A stretch of 64,000 nt of DNA from Clostridia bacterium (lineage in GTDB: Bacteria; Bacillota; Clostridia; JAAYHZ01), in assembly GCA_050950825.1 (NCBI GenBank), contig JBMNIH010000003.1:256001-320000 (forward strand), given 5' to 3'. Shown here piece by piece: positions 57,899 to 64,000 of this stretch. Every line of letters starts with the position of its first letter. The stretch's first letter is position 1. The notes under the pieces are model-generated. The model saw only the letters and a program-made list of their open reading frames with translations. It did not search any database and was not told where the DNA came from. Made by a program: the position numbers and the translations under genes.

Positions 57899-58692
57899 GT
57901 AAAGTATTGAAAAAACTGTATATTTGGCTGATCATACTCTTTCTGTATGCACCCATTGTGGTGTTGATGGTATACAGCTTCAACGACTCGAGATCCCGGG
58001 CTACATGGAGCGGCTTTACTTTTCGTTGGTATATCGAGCTGTTTCAAGACAGAATGATCTTACAAGCCTTGTATTACACCATCACCATCGCTTTGCTCTC
58101 GTCCGTCATCGCCACGATAATCGGAACATTTGCAGCCATCGGAATTTTCGGATACAAAAAGCTCAGCTTCAATTTGGTCCGAAACATATCCTACATACCG
58201 GTCATCAATGCCGATATCGTTACCGGGGTGTCCCTCATGCTGTTGTTTGTGTTTTTAGGCATCAACCAAGGCTTTTTCACGCTGCTGATCGCCCATATTA
58301 CCTTCAACATCCCGTATGTCATATTTTCGGTATTGCCGAAACTGTACCAAATGGACGTCCACGTTTACGAGGCGGCAATGGACTTAGGGGCAAGTCCTTT
58401 GACTTCCATATTAAAAGTAGTCATACCGGAAATACGTCATGGGATTATCACCGGTTTTTTGTTGGCTTTTACCTTGTCCTTGGACGATTTCGTGATCAGC
58501 TTTTTCACTACCGGCCCCGGAGTAAACAATCTGTCGATCATTATCTACTCCATGGCAAGAAGAGGAATCAATCCGAAAATCAATGCCTTGTCTACATTGA
58601 TGTTTGCCGTGGTTATGATACTGTTATTCGTTATAAATAAAAAGTCGGCATCCAATAATCATTTAGAAAAGAAAGTTAGGAGGGAGATTTAA
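57895..58692 (+). CDS. potC: Spermidine/putrescine ABC transporter permease
   Basis: FLYAP, EAAMDLGA, FTLSLDDF, PKINALST. Confidence 0.93.
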   Translation: MSKVLKKLYIWLIILFLYAPIVVLMVYSFNDSRSRATWSGFTFRWYIELFQDRMILQALYYTITIALLSSVIATIIGTFAAIGIFGYKKLSFNLVRNISYIPVINADIVTGVSLMLLFVFLGINQGFFTLLIAHITFNIPYVIFSVLPKLYQMDVHVYEAAMDLGASPLTSILKVVIPEIRHGIITGFLLAFTLSLDDFVISFFTTGPGVNNLSIIIYSMARRGINPKINALSTLMFAVVMILLFVINKKSASNNHLEKKVRREI

Positions 58693-59730
58693 ATGACAAA
58701 AAAAGTCGGCGTTCTGTTTTTAGCTTTAATTATGATATCCGTCATGCTGCTTCCCGGATGTGACGACGAGAATACCTTGTACGTCTATAACTGGGGAGAT
58801 TACATGGACATGGAAGTCATCAAGATGTTCGAAAAGGAAACCGGTATCAAGGTGAGGTACCAAACCTACACCACCAACGAAGATATGTACGTAAAACTTA
58901 AGTCCGGTTCCGCCAAATACGACGTCATTTTCCCGTCGGATTATATGCTCGATCGTATGGTGCAAGAAGGCTTGGTGCAAAAAATCGATTTAAACAATAT
59001 TCCCAACTTCGCTCTTATCAATGATATATTCAAAGATCCGGAGTACGACCCGGGCAACCAATACTCGGTTCCCTATTTATGGGGTACGGTAGGTATTTTG
59101 TACAACAAGAAAATGGTTCAGGAACCGGTGGACAGTTGGAATATTTTATGGGACAAAAAATATGAAAAGAAAATCTTAATGGTAGACAGCCAAAGAGATT
59201 CTTTAGGCGTCGCATTAAAGCGTTTGGGCTACTCCATGAACACCACCAATACAAAAGAAGTGGACGAAGCTAAAAATTCTTTAATCGAGCAAAAACCATT
59301 GGTTCTCGCCTATATCGTAGACGAAGCGCGAGATAAAATGGCAAATGAAGAAGCGGCTCTTGCCGTGGTATGGTCCGGAGAGGCTATACTGGCCATGGAA
59401 ATGAACGAGGATTTGGCCTTTGCATATCCGAAGGAAGGATCCAACATATGGTATGACGTCGTTGCCATACCCGCCACCTCCACGAAAAAAGAATTGGCGG
59501 AAAAATTCATTAACTTCTTATGCAGAACCGACATCGCATATATGAATGCCGTATACACCGGGTACTCCAGTCCTCAAATCGAAGTGTACGACCTTTTGGA
59601 CGAAGATATACAGAACAATCCGGCTGCCTATCCTAGCGAAGAAGTCATCAAAAATTGCGAAGTGTTTAAGTATTTAGGCGACTTTGTTGAATATTACAAC
59701 AGAGCATGGATGGAAGTAACGGCAAATTAA
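58693..59730 (+). CDS. potD: Spermidine/putrescine-binding lipoprotein
   Basis: YNWGDY, PSDY, PYLWGTVG, WSGEA, PKEGSNIW. Confidence 0.93.
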   Translation: MTKKVGVLFLALIMISVMLLPGCDDENTLYVYNWGDYMDMEVIKMFEKETGIKVRYQTYTTNEDMYVKLKSGSAKYDVIFPSDYMLDRMVQEGLVQKIDLNNIPNFALINDIFKDPEYDPGNQYSVPYLWGTVGILYNKKMVQEPVDSWNILWDKKYEKKILMVDSQRDSLGVALKRLGYSMNTTNTKEVDEAKNSLIEQKPLVLAYIVDEARDKMANEEAALAVVWSGEAILAMEMNEDLAFAYPKEGSNIWYDVVAIPATSTKKELAEKFINFLCRTDIAYMNAVYTGYSSPQIEVYDLLDEDIQNNPAAYPSEEVIKNCEVFKYLGDFVEYYNRAWMEVTAN

Positions 59731-59741
59731 GAACAGGTCAC

Positions 59742-59772
59742 AAAAAGCCTTTGGCGAAAGCCGAAGGCTTTT
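59742..59772 (+). terminator. Intrinsic terminator
   Basis: AAGCCTTTGGC-GAAA-GCCGAAGGCTTTT. Confidence 0.75.
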
Positions 59773-59838
59773 ACTTTTTATCGCACTTTGACTGTGATAT
59801 AATAACCAAAACGGTTGAAAAATCGGGGGTATTTATAA

Positions 59839-61086
59839 ATGACGAGTAATCATCGTACAGCTTTGGAAAAAGTCCGACTAGGTGTCATCGGATTAGGCGG
59901 AAGAGGAAGCGGATTGCACGGATTGCTATTAAACATGGATGACGTCGAGGTTCCGGCCATATCCGATGTTTACGAGGACCGTATGGAAAAGAATGCGGAA
60001 GCCGCATATAAAAAAAGGGGCGTAAGGCCTAACACCTATCAAGATTACAGAGAGTTGTTAGACAAAGAAGACTTGGACGGAGTGATTATTCCTTCTTCCT
60101 GGACTTCTCATGCGGAAATTGCCATTGCGGCCATGGAAAGCGGAAAATATGCGGCCGTCGAAGTAGGAGGGGCATCCTCCGTCCAAGAATGCTGGGATTT
60201 GGTTCGTACATCGGAACGTACCGGAAAGCCTTGCATGATGCTGGAAAACTGCTGCTACGGCCGTGAAGAAATGACTCTGTTGAACATGATCAAAAAGGGA
60301 TTGTTCGGCGAAATCATACACTGCCAGGGAGGTTACGAACACGACTTAAGGCACGAGGTCTCCCACGGCCTTATAAACCGCCATTATCGGTTCCGAAACT
60401 ACCAAAACAGAAACGGCGAAGTTTATCCCACCCATGAACTGGGTCCTATTGCCAAGTACCTAAACATCAACAGAGGAAACCGCTTTTTGTCCTTGACCTC
60501 CATGTCTTCGAAGGCAAGAGGTCTTCACGAATACATTGTTAACACCATGGGACCGGAGCACCCCTTGGCATCGGTCCAATTCACACAAGGCGACATCGTG
60601 ACGACCATGATCAAATGCGCGCACGGCGAAACCGTATTTCTCATTCACGATACCACCCTGCCTCGTCCCTACTCCAGAGGAGGACGCGTACAGGGAACAA
60701 AGGGTATATGGATGGAAGACAACCAATCCATACATTTTGACGGCATAACGCCCCATGAACAATGGGAGCCTTTTAAAAAATACTTGGAAGAATACGAGCA
60801 TCCTCTTTGGAAATGGTACAGAGAAGAGGGCGTTCAGGGCGGACACGGCGGCATGGACTATTTGGTGCTTCGAGCCTATGTGGAAAGCATAAAAAATCAA
60901 ACCGATACTCCCATCGATGTGTACGACACCGCAACATGGATGGTTATAACCTGCTTGTCGGAAGATTCGGTTGCTATGGGCAGCATGCCCGTTCCCATAC
61001 CCGACTTTACCAACGGAAAATGGATTGACCGAAAGGAACCGAAGCCTTGGAAATATTCCTTGGACGTGATTCCGGAGACGATATAA
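59839..61086 (+). CDS. GH109-like NAD-dependent glycosidase (Gfo/Idh/MocA fold)
   Basis: GLGGRG, MLENCCY, YPTH, PRPYSR, GGHGGMD, PDFT. Confidence 0.85.
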   Translation: MTSNHRTALEKVRLGVIGLGGRGSGLHGLLLNMDDVEVPAISDVYEDRMEKNAEAAYKKRGVRPNTYQDYRELLDKEDLDGVIIPSSWTSHAEIAIAAMESGKYAAVEVGGASSVQECWDLVRTSERTGKPCMMLENCCYGREEMTLLNMIKKGLFGEIIHCQGGYEHDLRHEVSHGLINRHYRFRNYQNRNGEVYPTHELGPIAKYLNINRGNRFLSLTSMSSKARGLHEYIVNTMGPEHPLASVQFTQGDIVTTMIKCAHGETVFLIHDTTLPRPYSRGGRVQGTKGIWMEDNQSIHFDGITPHEQWEPFKKYLEEYEHPLWKWYREEGVQGGHGGMDYLVLRAYVESIKNQTDTPIDVYDTATWMVITCLSEDSVAMGSMPVPIPDFTNGKWIDRKEPKPWKYSLDVIPETI

Positions 61087-61104
61087 AAGATTATTTAAGT
61101 GAAT

Positions 61105-61132
61105 GAAAGCCGGGCTTTGAAGCCCGGCTTTT
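61105..61132. terminator. Bidirectional terminator
   Basis: AAAGCCGGGCTT / AAGCCCGGCTTT. Confidence 0.75.
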
Positions 61133-61157
61133 CCGTATCATTTCTTACGTTTTACCG

Positions 61158-61721
61158 TTATTTATTTTCATCCTCTTTGTATCGGTTGTAAAACAGCATG
61201 GATTCCAAAGGTTTTCTTTTTTTGGTACCTTCCTTTTGCCCTCCCTTTTCATAACCGAGGGTGCAAAGCAAGCCGATCCTTCTGTTTTTCGGAATACCCA
61301 AAAGCTCCTTTATTTTGCTTTCGTTAAAATACCCGATGATACAGGTACCTAAACCCAGCGCAGCGGCTTGCAAGCAGAAATGACCCATGGCCAAACCGGT
61401 ATCAATATGGTTATAATCCCTGTCCGTCAACATGGACCCGATGGACGATTGGATATTGGTTTTCTCCATCACTTGGACAACAATCACCGGCGCCGTTCGA
61501 ACGAACTTGTTCATGCTTCCCACGGGAGGCACGCACTGCTCCGCTACCTTTTGTACCAAATCCCGGTCCTCCACCACGATAAAAGACCAAGGCTGGGAGT
61601 TGCATGCGGAAGGAGCCAACCTTGCCGCCTCGATACACTTTTCGATTAACGATGGATCCGGCTTTTTATCTTCATATTGTCGTACGCTTTTTCTTAATCG
61701 AACTAAAGTTTCAAAATCCAT
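61158..61721 (-). CDS. Nitroreductase family protein
   Basis: RKSVRQY, APSACNSQPW, GLGTCIIG. Confidence 0.92.
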   Translation of the reverse strand: MDFETLVRLRKSVRQYEDKKPDPSLIEKCIEAARLAPSACNSQPWSFIVVEDRDLVQKVAEQCVPPVGSMNKFVRTAPVIVVQVMEKTNIQSSIGSMLTDRDYNHIDTGLAMGHFCLQAAALGLGTCIIGYFNESKIKELLGIPKNRRIGLLCTLGYEKGGQKEGTKKRKPLESMLFYNRYKEDENK

Positions 61722-61764
61722 ACCTGCACCTCCGTTTAACTGTCGTATCTTTATTATCTTACCC

Positions 61765-63162
61765 TTACTCCGGCTTTATTTCAACCTCGGAAATCCACAC
61801 AAAGTCCACATTTAAACGGTAGGACAAGTCTTTGTACTCTTCCATGCCGGTCAGATGAACGAAAACAGATCCCGATTGCTCCTCTAAATCCCATTTTTCT
61901 TCATAAGCGGACTGGCTTACGCCCGTATACTTTCCTAACAAGCCCTTTCTCACATCGAAGGTAGGATCCACACGCAATACGTATTCTAGGCTTTCCGGCA
62001 GAATCTTTTTCGCGTCAAAATCCATTCGAATACAAGGATATTCATTGAAGTCCTCCGGAAGTACGGAGCTTCCTTTCGGAACCAAGGCGGCGGATTTTAC
62101 GGTTACGGTGTGGTCTCCCAGGTCAAAGGCTTCCCGGATATCCGTCGTCCGGCCTTCCTTCGGCATCTTCATCTTAAATTCTTTCTCCAAGCTTCGTTTA
62201 TAAAATACATAGGGGACGAAAACCGTTAAATGATCTTTGTCTTCAGGTATGCTAAAGTAAAAGGTATTTCGTTCGGCATGATTTTTTTGTGCCGAATCTT
62301 GGTCCGGCAAATAGGTATGACCCTCCGAGTCCATGATTCGAACCGATTCGGAGAAAACATCCTTTTCGTCACTATAGGGAGCAAAACGGATATTTCGGAT
62401 ATCCTTCGGTGCAATCGTGCTCAATTGAAGCCGAACCGTCCGGCCCTCTCTTGTCATGTGGGCAAAGACATGAATATTTCCCATCACGGCGAAATTTCCC
62501 ATATCTTCGAGCTCGGATCCGGTAAAAGCTTCCGTCAATGCGACGGTTAATTCCTGTTCGAAGCCGTCTAAAGCAAATGTAATCCGGTCTTGACGGGATA
62601 CTTCATCCGGCAGGTCGTAATAGGCGGTAAGTGAATAGGTACCGTCTGCGGGATCCGCCCCGGTTAAGATAGAGCTCACCGAAGCAATTTTCGTTTCTCC
62701 GTAGAGAATCGAAAGCTTCGGATTGATTTCCCCGGAATGGAACTTCAAAAGATCCTTTCCCGTAATGTCCGACAAGCCTACATTCGTTTTCACATATACC
62801 GTCATGCGATTTCCTTGCAAAACAACGGTGCCGATGGTGACGTATTCTTTTCCTACCTTTCGGGTTACGGGTTCAGCCAATACTTTTACCGGTATGCCGT
62901 TTTCTTCGTTTTCAACTACACCAATGCCGGGTATGAAGGAAAATATCCTTTTACACAACGCATTGACCGGGCTCCCGGGTATAAATACCGACAAAAGTGA
63001 CACAAGCAAAAGTATGGCTGCAACGCTTTTTACTCCTTGTACGATTCGATATCTTTGTATTTTTCTTTTCGCTTTTCGAACCGCAGCAGACTTTAATTGA
63101 TCTTCAACCGAATAATTTTTCGGGTCCGTTTTTTCGGTAAACCGGTCCAAATGTCGATCCAT
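61765..63162 (-). CDS. Putative membrane-anchored anti-sigma factor
   Basis: Coupled to the ECF sigma stop; short cytoplasmic N-terminus, one TM, IPGIG motif, large external domain. Confidence 0.6.
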   Translation of the reverse strand: MDRHLDRFTEKTDPKNYSVEDQLKSAAVRKAKRKIQRYRIVQGVKSVAAILLLVSLLSVFIPGSPVNALCKRIFSFIPGIGVVENEENGIPVKVLAEPVTRKVGKEYVTIGTVVLQGNRMTVYVKTNVGLSDITGKDLLKFHSGEINPKLSILYGETKIASVSSILTGADPADGTYSLTAYYDLPDEVSRQDRITFALDGFEQELTVALTEAFTGSELEDMGNFAVMGNIHVFAHMTREGRTVRLQLSTIAPKDIRNIRFAPYSDEKDVFSESVRIMDSEGHTYLPDQDSAQKNHAERNTFYFSIPEDKDHLTVFVPYVFYKRSLEKEFKMKMPKEGRTTDIREAFDLGDHTVTVKSAALVPKGSSVLPEDFNEYPCIRMDFDAKKILPESLEYVLRVDPTFDVRKGLLGKYTGVSQSAYEEKWDLEEQSGSVFVHLTGMEEYKDLSYRLNVDFVWISEVEIKPE

Positions 63163-63686
63163 TAGGATTCCTCCCTTTCCATGAATTCCTTCAGTTTTTC
63201 TCGTCCTCGTTGGATTCTTTTATACACGTTGTCGGCGGAAAGCTGCATCACAGAAGCTATATGCTCCACGCTTTCTCCCAAAACAAACCGTCTGTAAAAA
63301 ACTTCACCGTATTCCGGAGGAAGCTTTTGCAGCAGCTCCAATACGTCCAAATAATCTTCTTTTCTTTTCGGACCTTCGATGTTTAGGATGCTTTCAATGG
63401 GAACGGTAGCTAACAATTTTCTTTTTTTCCGAACGTAATCCGTTATGCATCCTTTGGCTAACAAAACCAGCCATGTTTTAAAAGAGGACTTTTTCTCGTC
63501 ATACCTTCGTATTTTTCTCCATACATGAAACAGAACGTCGCCGATGCATTCCTCCAAGTCTTCTTTATCGACAATACCGATATTTTTAGCCATGTACACC
63601 AGAAGGCCGCCGTAATGATTCATTAAGGCCGATATTCCTTTGTCCGATTCTTTTTTGAGCCATTCGACAATAATTCGATCTTCCAT
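63162..63686 (-). CDS. ECF sigma-70 factor
   Basis: EDLEEC, SFKTWL, region 4 IASVMQLSADNVYKRIQRGREKLK. Confidence 0.9.
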   Translation of the reverse strand: MEDRIIVEWLKKESDKGISALMNHYGGLLVYMAKNIGIVDKEDLEECIGDVLFHVWRKIRRYDEKKSSFKTWLVLLAKGCITDYVRKKRKLLATVPIESILNIEGPKRKEDYLDVLELLQKLPPEYGEVFYRRFVLGESVEHIASVMQLSADNVYKRIQRGREKLKEFMEREES

Positions 63687-63843
63687 AAATCCACCTTCCG
63701 ACTAATTATCCGAAGGAAAACCCGGTTATTGGACACGAGAAATAAATTTTTTTACCGAAAAAAACGAATATGAAAAAAACGGACCGAAATTCATCGATCC
63801 GTCTTGTTATATTCCTCATGAAGGTATTTGGCCTTTATTCGGA

Positions 63844-64000
<157 letters not shown>

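Overview
A 64 kb chromosomal segment of a Firmicute, most likely Clostridia (inferred from gene content, sigma-A promoters and AGGAGG ribosome-binding sites). Most of it is ordinary metabolic and transport genes: a two-component system with an ABC exporter, a CNNM transporter, an arabinose/GH127 cluster, a 2-oxoacid:ferredoxin oxidoreductase, a nucleoside ABC/deoC/xpt operon, gpmI, potABCD, a GH109-like gene, an ECF sigma pair and the 3' end of eno. There are two accessory regions. (1) 30.7-37.2 kb is a nest of four IS families (IS1634 relic, ISLre2, IS1182/IS5-like, IS3) bracketed by a 65-bp direct repeat. (2) 41.8-52.0 kb is a tandem array of four orphan ~620-aa solute-binding lipoproteins with a second ISLre2 copy inserted. 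The strongest candidate for an undescribed system is a ~165-nt structured non-coding element with compensatory base changes, located just downstream of the stop codon of two unrelated DDE transposases (ISLre2 twice, IS3 once). All calls come from reading the sequence by eye; no database searches were run.
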